Assembly (NCBI GenBank): GCA_046597055.1
Contig: JBKJLC010000244.1
Coordinates: 1 to 64,000, forward strand
Length of the DNA stretch: 64,000 nt
Direction of reading: 5' to 3'
DNA from: Kofleriaceae bacterium
GTDB taxonomy: Bacteria > Myxococcota_A > Polyangia > Haliangiales > Haliangiaceae
Shown in pieces: positions 49,813 through 59,176 of the stretch (its first letter is position 1; the number at the start of each line of letters is the position of its first letter). Made by a program: the position numbers and the translations under genes. The notes below the pieces were generated by a model. That model was given only the letters and a program-made list of their open reading frames with translations, did not search any database and was not told the DNA's origin.

Positions 49813-51081
49813 TCAGGGTGCGAGCGCGTCGTTGACCGCGTGCAGCAACGTCGACTGCGCGTCGTCACCCGAGAGCTCCCAGAACATGACGCCGCCGAGG
49901 CGTTCCTGGCGGATCAGGCCCACCTTGGCGCGGAGCGACACCGGATCGTCGTAGCTGATCATCACACCCGTGGCGGCGTCGTAGAGCCAGGGCACCTGAC
50001 CCGACTCCGACCAGTGGCGCTGCATGCGGGGCAGGTAGTTGGCGGCGAGGTCGTGCCAGTCGAACACGCCGGCTTCCCAGGTGCCCATCGGCGCCCCGGT
50101 CGCGGACTGGAACAGGCCGTTGTTGGTGGCGGGGACGCCGCTCCAGCCGCGGCCGTAGAACGGCACGCCGGCGATCAGCTTGGCCGGCGGCGTGCCCCCG
50201 TCGAGCCAGGCCTCGACCGCGGCGGCGACGTGGAAGGTGGCGGCAGTCGCGCTGGGATCGCCGGCGACCGCGGCCAGCGGCGCGTTGAACCCGGTCACCC
50301 GCTCCCAGCCGCCGTGGAAGTCGTACGTCATCACGTTGATCCAGTCGAGGTACGGGTGGATGCGGTCGACCTCGATGTCGGCGATGCGCGCGTCGCCGGC
50401 CGGCGCCGCGATCGTGAGCAGGAACTGGCCGCGGCGGTCGAGCTCGGCGCGCATCGCGGCCAGGAGCAACGTGAAGTTGGCGCGGTCGGCCGGGACCCCG
50501 GGCGCCAGGCCACCGCCGCCCGGATACTCCCAGTCGACGTCGAGGCCGTCGAAGCCGTAGCGCTCCATGAGGTCGGCGCACGAGCGCGCGAACCGCTCGC
50601 GGCCGGCCGCGGTCGCCGCGACGTCCGAGAAGCCGCCCGACCAGGTCCAGCCGCCGATCGAGAGCAGCGTCTTCAGATGTGGGTGGCGCCCTTTGAGCAG
50701 CTGGAGCTGGTGGAAGGCGCCCCGCAGCGCGCCGGTGTCCCAGGAGTCGCCCGGGTAGAACTTGTCGATGTCGGCGTAGGCGTCGCCGAGCACGCACTCA
50801 CCGCCGGCGATGTTGAGGAACGCGTAGTTGATGTGGGTGAGCAGACCGCCCGGGATCTCCGACACCTGGTAGTCGCGGCCGTAGGTCGCCCAGGCCGGGT
50901 AGTAGCCGATGATGCGACGCCCGCCGGGCGTACCGTCGGGGCCGTCGGGGCCGTCGGGGCCGTCGGGGCCGTCGGGGCCGTCCCCGTTGTCATCGTCGTC
51001 GTCGGCGCCGCCCGGGCCGTCGCCGGACGCGGCGGGAGCGCAGGCGAGCAGGGTAGCGGCGAGGAGCGCGGTCCATCTCAC
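49813..51081 (-). CDS. GH18 chitinase-family lipoprotein
   Basis: Lipobox LLAC; THINYAF, SIGGW, FDGLDVDWEYP (DxxDxDxE), MTYDF and LGGVMFWEL. Confidence 0.95.
   Translation of the reverse strand: MRWTALLAATLLACAPAASGDGPGGADDDDDNGDGPDGPDGPDGPDGPDGTPGGRRIIGYYPAWATYGRDYQVSEIPGGLLTHINYAFLNIAGGECVLGDAYADIDKFYPGDSWDTGALRGAFHQLQLLKGRHPHLKTLLSIGGWTWSGGFSDVAATAAGRERFARSCADLMERYGFDGLDVDWEYPGGGGLAPGVPADRANFTLLLAAMRAELDRRGQFLLTIAAPAGDARIADIEVDRIHPYLDWINVMTYDFHGGWERVTGFNAPLAAVAGDPSATAATFHVAAAVEAWLDGGTPPAKLIAGVPFYGRGWSGVPATNNGLFQSATGAPMGTWEAGVFDWHDLAANYLPRMQRHWSESGQVPWLYDAATGVMISYDDPVSLRAKVGLIRQERLGGVMFWELSGDDAQSTLLHAVNDALAP
50933..50982. repeat. In-frame 9-bp tandem repeat (CCGTCGGGG)x5 encoding a Gly-Pro-Asp linker
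   Basis: Five exact copies plus a partial copy; encodes DGPDGPDGPDGPDGPDG in the GH18 tether. Confidence 0.9.
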
Positions 51082-51151
51082 GTCCCCGATCGAGGGCGCC
51101 TGGGGGTCGATCGGGTCACGCCGGCAGAAGTTTGGCTGCGTGGGCCGCGGT

Positions 51152-51571
51152 TCAGGGGGACTCGGCCCGGGCCTTCAGCGCGGCGGCGAACTCGTCGAAC
51201 CCCGGCTGCAGGTCGGGCATCTTCGACGTGATCATCCCGGACAGGGCGCCGGTGAAGTCCTCGACCATCTCGAACCCGACGTCGCCGCCGGCGGTCGGGG
51301 TCAGCGTGAACGTCCGCTGCCCGGTGAACAGCCCGAGCGGCATCCCGCCGCGCCACACCATCCGCTGCGGTGGCGTCCAGTCGACCACCTTCAGCGCGAA
51401 CGCGCGCTGGCTGCCGCGGACGTGCAGCGTGATCGACTCACCCGCCGCGATGCGGCCTGCGACGCGGGTGACCGTCGGGTTCCAGCTCGGATAACCGGCG
51501 GCGTCGGTCAAGAGGGCCCAGATCGCGGCCGGGGTCGCGCGGATCGTCGTGGTGGTGCGGAAGCTCTTCAC
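51152..51571 (-). CDS. SRPBCC domain protein
   Basis: TTIRATPAAIWALLTDAAGYPSWNP...FAAALKARAE. Confidence 0.88.
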   Translation of the reverse strand: MKSFRTTTTIRATPAAIWALLTDAAGYPSWNPTVTRVAGRIAAGESITLHVRGSQRAFALKVVDWTPPQRMVWRGGMPLGLFTGQRTFTLTPTAGGDVGFEMVEDFTGALSGMITSKMPDLQPGFDEFAAALKARAESP

Positions 51572-51592
51572 GCGCCGAATTTAGCGCGATCG

Positions 51593-53251
51593 TCAGTACA
51601 GGCGGTGCAGGTGGGTGCCGCGGTAGTAGTGACCGAGGATCTCGGCGTGGCTCTTGGCGGCGGCCGCCATGCCGATCGCGCCGACCTGGTCCATCCCGAC
51701 CCCGTGGCCGAAGCCGGCGCCGCGAAAGGTGAACGAGGTCGGTGCGCCGCGCCGGCCATCGCCGCGCACCGCGAACAGGGTCGACTTCAGGCCCCCGAGC
51801 AGGCGGCGCAGGTGTAGATCGCCCTCGGCAATCACGGTGGCGCCGGACCCGACCAGGCGGAGCGCGGTCACCCGGCCGCTCTTGCTGCGGCGCACGACCT
51901 CGAGCCCGGTGAGCGTGCCGACCTTCGGGTAGTGCTTGCCGACCAGCGCCGTCAACGCGGCGGCGTCGATCTCGACCGTCCAGCGGAAGTGCTTCTTGCC
52001 CCACCGGCTGGCCCCGCTCCAGAACGCGTCGGGGGCCGCGGCGAGAAAGGCCTCGAGGTTGCCATCGTCGATCGTGGCGAAGGTCCGGGCGAGGCGGGCG
52101 TCGGCGGTGTCGACCCGCCCGCGCAGCGATGGATCCGGCGCGCCGCCCCAGGTCACATCATTGTCCTCGGTGTGGCCGCCGGCCGACGCGCTGTAGCGGG
52201 TGTCGGCCAGCCCGCCGCCGTCGCGCAGCACGACCACGCCGCGGGTGCGCGCGACCGCCTTGGTGGTGCGCGGGTGCTCCTTGCCGGCGCCGGCGTAGAC
52301 CTGGCACTGCTGGGTCGAGCACAGCAGGTACGGCTCGGTCAGGTTGCGTCGGCCGATCTTCTCGAGCAGCTCGGTGCGCGCGGCGATCGCCTGGGCCGCG
52401 AGCGCGGCCTCGGGAGCGTCGGGGAAGATCTCCGACGGCACCAGCCCGGCCAGCAGCTTGTCCTCGGCGACCGCGTTGACCGCGGTCAGGTTGCCGTCGG
52501 AGCCGAAGGTCACGTAGACCGCGCCCCAGTAGCGGCGATCTTCGTGTCCCGTCTCGAGCTGAGAGCCGCCGGTTTTGGTCGGGACGTCGGCGACCGTGAT
52601 CGTGTCGCCGGCGCGGGCCGGGCGGAACCACAGGACCGACGGGTTGCGGACCACCGTGGCGTCTTGCTCGGCGACCACGGTGCCGCGCGGCCGGCGCACC
52701 AGCTCGCGATGCACGCTGGTCGTGACCTCGTGCTTGGCGGCGATCGCGCGCGCGCGGGCGGCGGCCTGGCCGGGCGCGACCGGGTCGATCGCGATCAGCT
52801 GCTCGCGGGTGTCGATGACCGCGCCAGCGACCGCGAACAGCGTGCCGATCTCGAAGCCGTGCGGCTCGAAGCCGCGCGCGCGCCAGCGCTCGAGCGCCGC
52901 GGCGACCCCGGGCGCGTCGTCGGGGGTGAGCCGCTCGACCACGGTCCACTCGCGGATCTCGGCCGGGCGGGCGCCGTCGCCGCGCACGACCACCGTGCGG
53001 GCGCCGCTGACCGTGGTGGTGCTGCCGCCATCGCCGTCGGGCATGATCACGAGGCCGCCCGGCGCCGACAGCCGCACCTCGCGCTGTCCGCTCATGACCT
53101 CGACCGTGATCAGCGGCAGGCCGTCGTCGGTGAACGTGAACCGGTTCGAGTAGAGGATCCGCAGCTTGTCGCTGGTCGAGGTCTCGTCGGCCCGCGCCGC
53201 ACCGGCGAGCACGCACAGGACGGCTGCGGCCGCGGCCAGGGATCGAGGCAT
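51593..53251 (-). CDS. Exported SpoIID/LytB domain protein (lytic transglycosylase-like)
   Basis: Signal peptide; LAGLVPSE..EAALAAQAIAART, CSTQQCQVY and GFGHGVGMDQVGA. Confidence 0.92.
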   Translation of the reverse strand: MPRSLAAAAAVLCVLAGAARADETSTSDKLRILYSNRFTFTDDGLPLITVEVMSGQREVRLSAPGGLVIMPDGDGGSTTTVSGARTVVVRGDGARPAEIREWTVVERLTPDDAPGVAAALERWRARGFEPHGFEIGTLFAVAGAVIDTREQLIAIDPVAPGQAAARARAIAAKHEVTTSVHRELVRRPRGTVVAEQDATVVRNPSVLWFRPARAGDTITVADVPTKTGGSQLETGHEDRRYWGAVYVTFGSDGNLTAVNAVAEDKLLAGLVPSEIFPDAPEAALAAQAIAARTELLEKIGRRNLTEPYLLCSTQQCQVYAGAGKEHPRTTKAVARTRGVVVLRDGGGLADTRYSASAGGHTEDNDVTWGGAPDPSLRGRVDTADARLARTFATIDDGNLEAFLAAAPDAFWSGASRWGKKHFRWTVEIDAAALTALVGKHYPKVGTLTGLEVVRRSKSGRVTALRLVGSGATVIAEGDLHLRRLLGGLKSTLFAVRGDGRRGAPTSFTFRGAGFGHGVGMDQVGAIGMAAAAKSHAEILGHYYRGTHLHRLY

Positions 53252-53356
53252 GGCCCGAGGCTGCGGCCACCGCCGGCACGGGGCAAGAAAGCGGCGCGGA
53301 CGAGGAGGCTCGCCCCGGCGACCGATCCGGCGGCGCTCGGCGGGCCCGTGGAGCGA

Positions 53357-53932
53357 TCAGGCGGCGCGCGGCGTCGCGACGCGTGCAATGAAGTGCAGGT
53401 TCAGGAAGTTGATCGTGAAGTGAGCGGCGATCGCGCTGCCGAGGTCCCCGGTCAGGGTCACCATCCCGCCGAACACGAGCCCCATCCCGAGCGCCCAGAA
53501 GGTCCACGGCAGGAACCGGCGGCTGGGCCCGATGTGGAGCAGGCCGAACAGCACCGCCTGCGGGACCAGCCCCAGCCACGGCTGCAGTGCGCCACGGAAG
53601 AAGACCTCCTCGCCGATCGCGCTGGCCGCGGCGAGGATCGCGATCTCGCGACCGCTGACGTCGCCGAGCAGCGCGCGGAAGTCGCTGTGCAGGCCGCGCC
53701 CCCACGCCGAGCGCGCGACCAGGACGCGCGTGGCCAGGACCACCGCGAGGCCGAGCGCCACGCCCAGGAGCGGCGACACGGCATGCCACCACAGCGCGCG
53801 CTCCTCGGTGACGCGGTAGACATCGGCGTCGCCGCGTCCGGCCGAGAGCAAGAGTCCCAGCAAGCCGAGGCCGCCGTAGAGTCCGATGATCAGGGTCGCC
53901 CGACTGTGGGGCGGCTGGTAGTGACCCTGCAT
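53357..53932 (-). CDS. CPBP (Abi/CAAX type II) intramembrane metalloprotease
   Basis: EEVFFRG, FGLLH and HFTIN motifs; hydrophobic. Confidence 0.9.
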   Translation of the reverse strand: MQGHYQPPHSRATLIIGLYGGLGLLGLLLSAGRGDADVYRVTEERALWWHAVSPLLGVALGLAVVLATRVLVARSAWGRGLHSDFRALLGDVSGREIAILAAASAIGEEVFFRGALQPWLGLVPQAVLFGLLHIGPSRRFLPWTFWALGMGLVFGGMVTLTGDLGSAIAAHFTINFLNLHFIARVATPRAA

Positions 53933-54130
53933 CGCGCCGGCACTATGCCTGATGTGAGCGTGCCCACCAACGCTGACATCTCAGATGGTGTGTCGGCGGA
54001 AGGTGGTGAAACGTGGGTGCAAGTCAGCACGTGATTGCCGTGCGCGTGCGCACGCTTCAGCATGCATATCCCTGTGCGCGTATCACGCGTTACGCCGATA
54101 ACGCAGCGCCCCATTTTGCTGGTCAGCGCA

Positions 54131-54144
54131 ACTTCAGCTGAAGT
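54131..54144. promoter_or_regulatory. Perfect 14-bp palindrome, candidate operator of the lipase-fadL operon
   Basis: ACTTCAGCTGAAGT lies 26 bp before the ATG at 54171, in a lower-GC intergenic region. Confidence 0.5.
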
Positions 54145-54170
54145 AGGGTCAACAGCGGGAGGCGACCACC

Positions 54171-56672
54171 ATGGGTCACGCGCGCGTCTTGCTCGTGTCG
54201 TGTCTGGGGCTATCTGCGTTCTGCGCATGTAGTCAATTCACCCCGGATGAACCACCAGCGGTCATCCACGCCCGGTTCGATCCGGACGCCAAGGTGATCC
54301 CGATGCCATCGGACGTCCTGCGCGACGACGCGCTGGGACGCCTGGCGATCCCGCTCGACGACGCCACGCTGTCGTCGGCCGAGCGCGAGCTCTACGAGTA
54401 CCTCAACACGCTCGACGGCTGGTCGTCGGCGTCATCGGCGACGGTCGAGCTGACCGGCGCGATCGCGCCGACCACCGTCGGCGCCGAGACCCTGCAGGTG
54501 TGGAAGTGGGGCGGGGTCCCGACCCGGGTCGCCGACGCCCGGGTCTCGATCGCGCCCGACGAGCACGAGGTGACGATCGACGCGCCGCGCACCGGCTGGG
54601 AACGCGGCGCGCAGTACGTCGTGGTGATGCGCGGCGGCGAGGCCGGGGTCGAGGGCAAGCGCGGCGAGAAGCTCGAGTGCGACGCCGCGTTCTATTTCCT
54701 CCGCCAGGAGGAGCGGCTCGACACCGCCGAGCACGCGCGCGCGTTCCCCGGCGCGACCGCGGCCGAGCGAGCCGACAACGCACGCAAGCTGGAGGAGCTG
54801 CGGCTCGAACTCGCGCCGCACTTCGACTTCTTCGCGCGCGCGGGCCTGCCGCGCGCCGAGATCGCGGCGCTGTGGCGGTTCACGGTCACCGACCGGGTCG
54901 AGCTGGCGATGGACAAGACCTCGCAGCGCATGCCGCTGCCGATCCAGTTGATGATCGATCCCACCACCGGCACCGTCGATCTGCCGGCCGCGCCGTGGGA
55001 CAGCGCGGTCGAGGCCGAGGCCAAGCTGCGCCTGCGCTCGTACACCGGGTTCGCGACCTCGGCCAACCTGCTGTTCGAGCTGACCGGGCCGGTGCAGGCC
55101 GAGACCATCACCGCCGACAGCGTGCAGCTGTGGCGGGTCGGCGCGAGCCCGGCGCGGGTGCCGGCGACCGCGCGCCTGATGGCCGACCTCCACCACGTGG
55201 TGGTCACGCCGACCGCGCTGCCGCTCGACGAGGCGACCACCTATGCCGTGGTGGTGACCGACGCGATCCAGGATGCGGAGGGGCGGCCGATCATCGCGAT
55301 GCCGGCCGGGGCGCTGCTCAAGGCCCAGTCGGCGGTGGCCGACGCCGGGATCTCGCGGGTCAAGGTGGTCGACGATCTCGACGCCATCAAGATCGAGGGC
55401 GCGCGGGTCACGCTCGAGCCGCTGCTCGATCAGGTCGGGCGGTCCCGGGTGGTGGCGGCCTGGCCGTTCACGACCCTGTCGATCACGCCGCGGATCGCGC
55501 AGGTGGTGGCGAGCGCGGCGACGGTCGGGGTCTCGCCCGAGCCGACCGGCGTGGCCAGCAAGACACCGGGCCAGGCGCTCGCCGATTTCCCGCTCGCGAT
55601 CACGTCGCTCCTGGGCGTGGAGCGGGTGGTCACCGGCACCATCGCGTCGCCGTACTTCCTCGACGACAGCACCCGCGCCCTGCGCAGCGACGGCGGCCAC
55701 CGGGTCGAGCCGGTGCCGTGGATGATGACGGTGCCGCGCAACCTGCCGGCCGGACGGCCCGCGCCGGTGGTGATCTTCGGCCACGCGATCATGACCGAGC
55801 GGCGGTTCGTGCTCGCGCTGGGCGACGCCTTCGCCCAGAAGGGCTTCGCGGTGGTGACGATCGACTTTCCGTTCCACGGGACGCGCACGCAGTGCATCGC
55901 CGGCGGCCCGATCTCGGTGGTCGACCCGCGCACCGGCAACCTGACCTCGGTGCCGCCGTGCGCGGCCGGGACCACCTGCGTGCAGGGCCGCTGCGTCGAC
56001 GCCGCCGGCCAGGGCAACCAGCTGGCGATGTGGCCGGTGCTCAACTTCCCGGTCGCGTCGGGTGCGGCGTTCCTGGAGATCGAGCACATCGCCAACACCA
56101 AGGACCACTTCGATCAGGCGGTGGTGGATCTCGGCGCGCTCGAGCGTTCGCTGCGGCATGGCGACTGGTCGGCCGCGCTGGGCCGACCGGTCGACACCAC
56201 CCGCATCTACTACGCCGGGCAGTCGCTCGGCGGCATCCTGGGCGCGACCTTCCTCGCTGGTGCGCCCGAGATCCGGCGCGCGGTGCTCAACGTGCCGGGC
56301 GCCGATCTGGTCGACATGTTCCACGACTCGACCTGGTTCGGTCCCCAGGTGGAGGGCTTCTTCACCCGCGAGCACGTCGATCCAGCCAGCTTCGAGGCCG
56401 AGCGCTTCCTCGACGTCGCCAAGTGGATGATCGACGCGGTCGACCCGCAGAACCTCGGCGCGGCCACCGGCGATCGCGACCTGCTGCTGCAGATGGCGAC
56501 GCTCGACTTCATCATCCCCAACGACTACACGCGCACGCTCGAGCGGGTGACCGGCGCGCCCCGCCGCGACTACATCGCCGAGCACGCGTTCCTGGTGGTC
56601 CCGGTCGAGCCCGAGTTCCTGCGCGGCGGCCGCGACATGGTGAGCTTCCTCGCCGGGGAGCTGACGCCATGA
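54171..56672 (+). CDS. Lipoprotein with two Ig-like modules and an alpha/beta-hydrolase domain (VolA/Pla-1-like lipase)
   Basis: GGGAGG RBS; signal with Cys; LNTLDGWS, PVVIFGHAI, IDFPFHG and YAGQSLGG (GxSxG); C-terminal Asp and His candidates. Confidence 0.85.
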   Translation: MGHARVLLVSCLGLSAFCACSQFTPDEPPAVIHARFDPDAKVIPMPSDVLRDDALGRLAIPLDDATLSSAERELYEYLNTLDGWSSASSATVELTGAIAPTTVGAETLQVWKWGGVPTRVADARVSIAPDEHEVTIDAPRTGWERGAQYVVVMRGGEAGVEGKRGEKLECDAAFYFLRQEERLDTAEHARAFPGATAAERADNARKLEELRLELAPHFDFFARAGLPRAEIAALWRFTVTDRVELAMDKTSQRMPLPIQLMIDPTTGTVDLPAAPWDSAVEAEAKLRLRSYTGFATSANLLFELTGPVQAETITADSVQLWRVGASPARVPATARLMADLHHVVVTPTALPLDEATTYAVVVTDAIQDAEGRPIIAMPAGALLKAQSAVADAGISRVKVVDDLDAIKIEGARVTLEPLLDQVGRSRVVAAWPFTTLSITPRIAQVVASAATVGVSPEPTGVASKTPGQALADFPLAITSLLGVERVVTGTIASPYFLDDSTRALRSDGGHRVEPVPWMMTVPRNLPAGRPAPVVIFGHAIMTERRFVLALGDAFAQKGFAVVTIDFPFHGTRTQCIAGGPISVVDPRTGNLTSVPPCAAGTTCVQGRCVDAAGQGNQLAMWPVLNFPVASGAAFLEIEHIANTKDHFDQAVVDLGALERSLRHGDWSAALGRPVDTTRIYYAGQSLGGILGATFLAGAPEIRRAVLNVPGADLVDMFHDSTWFGPQVEGFFTREHVDPASFEAERFLDVAKWMIDAVDPQNLGAATGDRDLLLQMATLDFIIPNDYTRTLERVTGAPRRDYIAEHAFLVVPVEPEFLRGGRDMVSFLAGELTP

Positions 56673-57877
56673 TCGCGGGACGCACGCGGTGGGGCCTGGC
56701 GCTCGCGCTGGGCGCGGTCCCGGCGGTGGCGCACGCCGGTGGGTTCGCGATCTCCGAGCAGAGCATCACCGCGGCCGGCACCGGCGGGGCCGGCGCGGCG
56801 CGGGCCGACGAGGCCGGGGCGGCCTGGACCAACCCGGCCGCGCTGGCCGACGACGGCGGCTGGCGGATCGGCGCCGGGCTGGTCCTGGCGCGACCGTCGA
56901 TCGAGGGCGCCGGCGATGCCGAGGCCGGCGCGTGGGCCGCCCAGAACGAGGACGCGTGGGCGACCCCGCCGCACCTCGATGTGGCGTGGGCCCGCGGCGC
57001 GCTCGCCGCGGGCGTGTCGATCGGCGTGCCGTTCGGAGGCGGCGTGACGTGGCCGGTCGACTGGCAGGGCCGGTTCGAGATCGTCCGCTCGCGGATCGAG
57101 GTATTCCGGGTCGCGCCGTTCGTCGCGCTCGATCTCGGGCGGGTCCGGGTCGCGCTCGGGCCTCACGTCGATCGCGGCCGCCTGCGGGTCGCGCGCCAGC
57201 TCGACTTCATCGACATGGAGGGCGACGTCGCGATCGACCTGGCCGGCAACGGCGTCGGCGGCCACGCGGCCGTGTTCGCCCAGGCGTCGCGCGAGGTCGC
57301 GATCGGGCTCACCTACAAGAGCCGCACGGCGATCGCGCTCGAGGGTGGCGCCGACTTCACGGTGCCCGATGCGTTCAGCGAGAAGACGCCGGATCAGGTC
57401 GCGACCGCGACCTTGCGGACGCCTGACCGGTTCGTGCTCGGCGCCCGCTGGGCGCACGGTCGCTGGGCGGCGCTGGCCGACCTCGAGCTCACCCTGTGGG
57501 GCGTGCACCGCGAGCTCGCGATCGACTTCGCGCGCGAGCAGACCCCCGACGTCCGCCAGCCGACCCGCTGGCACACCACCGTCGCCCTCCGCGGCGGCGG
57601 CGAGCTCGCGGTGTCCGATCGCGTCCTGGCGCGCGCCGGCGCCGCCTGGGATCCGTCGCCGGCTCCCGACGACACCCTGGCCCCGTCATCGCCCGACGCC
57701 GACCGCATGTCGTTCACCACCGGCCTCACCGTCGCCGCGTCGGACACCCTCGCGATCGACGCGTTCGCCGAGTACCTGCGGCTGGCCGCGCGCACGACCG
57801 ACGGGGTCGAGACCATGGCCGCGACCTACCGCGGTCGTGCGGTGTTTGTCGGCCTGGGCCTCCGCTGGCGCCGGTAG
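56669..57877 (+). CDS. fadL: FadL/OMPP1/TodX family outer membrane transporter
   Basis: Signal then AGGFAISEQS...GTGGAG...WTNPAAL (FadL hatch) and RAGAAWDPSP...PDADR; ATGA overlap with the lipase gene. Confidence 0.88.
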   Translation: MIAGRTRWGLALALGAVPAVAHAGGFAISEQSITAAGTGGAGAARADEAGAAWTNPAALADDGGWRIGAGLVLARPSIEGAGDAEAGAWAAQNEDAWATPPHLDVAWARGALAAGVSIGVPFGGGVTWPVDWQGRFEIVRSRIEVFRVAPFVALDLGRVRVALGPHVDRGRLRVARQLDFIDMEGDVAIDLAGNGVGGHAAVFAQASREVAIGLTYKSRTAIALEGGADFTVPDAFSEKTPDQVATATLRTPDRFVLGARWAHGRWAALADLELTLWGVHRELAIDFAREQTPDVRQPTRWHTTVALRGGGELAVSDRVLARAGAAWDPSPAPDDTLAPSSPDADRMSFTTGLTVAASDTLAIDAFAEYLRLAARTTDGVETMAATYRGRAVFVGLGLRWRR

Positions 57878-57886
57878 GGGTAGCAG

Positions 57887-58086
57887 CGGCTGCGGGCCTC
57901 GGCTGCGTCGTTGCCGGTCCCCCCCAACTTCGTCACGACCAGACGGTCGCTCCTCGTTGGGGCCCCACCGTCGCCTCGCATCCGAGGCTCCTCGCTCGCT
58001 GCTACCTCGGACCGAGGCGCTTCGAGCGCGCTCCAATTTCGGTAACCTGAGCCAGGGCTCGCGCAGCGAGCCCGCGGTCGCAGGGC
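57887..58086. repeat. Composite repeat sharing modules with 23280-23425 and 31022-31065
   Basis: 57887-57941 resembles the reverse complement of 23368-23423. 57959-58002 matches 31022-31065 with 2 mismatches. A degenerate REP-like unit CCTGAGC-[hairpin]-GTCGCAGGGC lies at 58046-58086. Confidence 0.78.
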
Positions 58087-58286
58087 AGCGCGTCGAGGAC
58101 CGCAAGGTTCCCGGCGGTTGTCTGCCCGACGACACAGTGCTTCGGGTTCGCTCGGGGCCACCGGAAAGGCGAGCGTTTTCGATTGCCCGGCGAGCTGTGA
58201 TCGATCCAAAGGGCAGAGGCGTGAACGCGGCTGACTGGGTAGACGGGGGCTGCATGGGCGCGGGGGCGTGGCATCCTGTGGGGCTG

Positions 58287-59168
58287 GTGCGGATCACCCC
58301 GGGCATCGCGTTCATGGTCGCGTCGGCGCTCGCGTTCTCGGTGATGAGCGCGCTGGTCAAGGCGGCGGACGCGACCTTGCCCACGGCGGAGATCGTGCTC
58401 GCGCGGGCGCTGGTGACGCTGGTGCTGTCGTACCTGATGGTGCGCCGGGCCGGGCTGGCGCCGTGGGGCAACCGGCGCGGCGCGCTGCTCCTGCGCGGCG
58501 GGCTCGGATCGCTCGCGCTCGCCTGCTACTACTGGACGCTCGGGCGGCTGCCGCTCGCGGAGGCGTCGACGGTGCACCACACCGCGCCGATCTGGACCGC
58601 GATCCTGGCGTGGCTGGTGCTCCGCGAGCCGCTCGGGCGCGGCACGGCGATCGCGCTGGCGCTCGGCATGGCCGGGGTGGTGCTCGTGGCCCGGCCCGGC
58701 GGCGCCGATCTCGACGGCTGGGGCGTGGCTGTCGCGCTCGCCGGCGCGCTCGGCTCGGCCGCCGCGTACGTCACCGTGCGTCGCCTGGCGCGCACCGAGC
58801 ACCCGCTCGTGATCGTCTTCTACTTCCCGCTGGTGGCGGCGCCGACCGCGCTGCTGTGGGCGGCGCCGCAGTGGGTGCTGCCGACCGCGTACGAGTGGCT
58901 GCTGCTCGCCGGCATCGGCATCTCGACCCAGGTCGGCCAGCTGTGCCTGACCTACGGGCTGGTCCGCGAGCCCGCGGCGCGCGCGATGTCGATCGGATAC
59001 CTGCAGGTCGTGTTCGCGGTCGGCCTCGGGCTGGTCGCCTTTGCCGAGGTGCCGCCGTGGACGACCGGGGTCGGCGCCGCGTTGATCATCGCCGGCGCGC
59101 TCGCGGTGACCGCCGCCCGCGCCCGCGTGATCGCGCCCGAGACAACCGCGCCCGCGCCCGGACGATAG
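58287..59168 (+). CDS. DMT/EamA family transporter
   Basis: Ten hydrophobic segments; APIWTAILAWLVLRE and YVTVRRL; start uncertain (58254 or 58287). Confidence 0.9.
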   Translation: MRITPGIAFMVASALAFSVMSALVKAADATLPTAEIVLARALVTLVLSYLMVRRAGLAPWGNRRGALLLRGGLGSLALACYYWTLGRLPLAEASTVHHTAPIWTAILAWLVLREPLGRGTAIALALGMAGVVLVARPGGADLDGWGVAVALAGALGSAAAYVTVRRLARTEHPLVIVFYFPLVAAPTALLWAAPQWVLPTAYEWLLLAGIGISTQVGQLCLTYGLVREPAARAMSIGYLQVVFAVGLGLVAFAEVPPWTTGVGAALIIAGALAVTAARARVIAPETTAPAPGR

Positions 59169-59176
59169 GGGCGGCC

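Noticed and set aside
54500..56668. Apparent 1125-aa FadL fusion (and similarly extended MurJ, ComEC and sulfatase ORFs)
   Set aside because: The upstream parts are off-frame read-through over neighbouring genes; the true starts have signal peptides or coupled start/stop overlaps.
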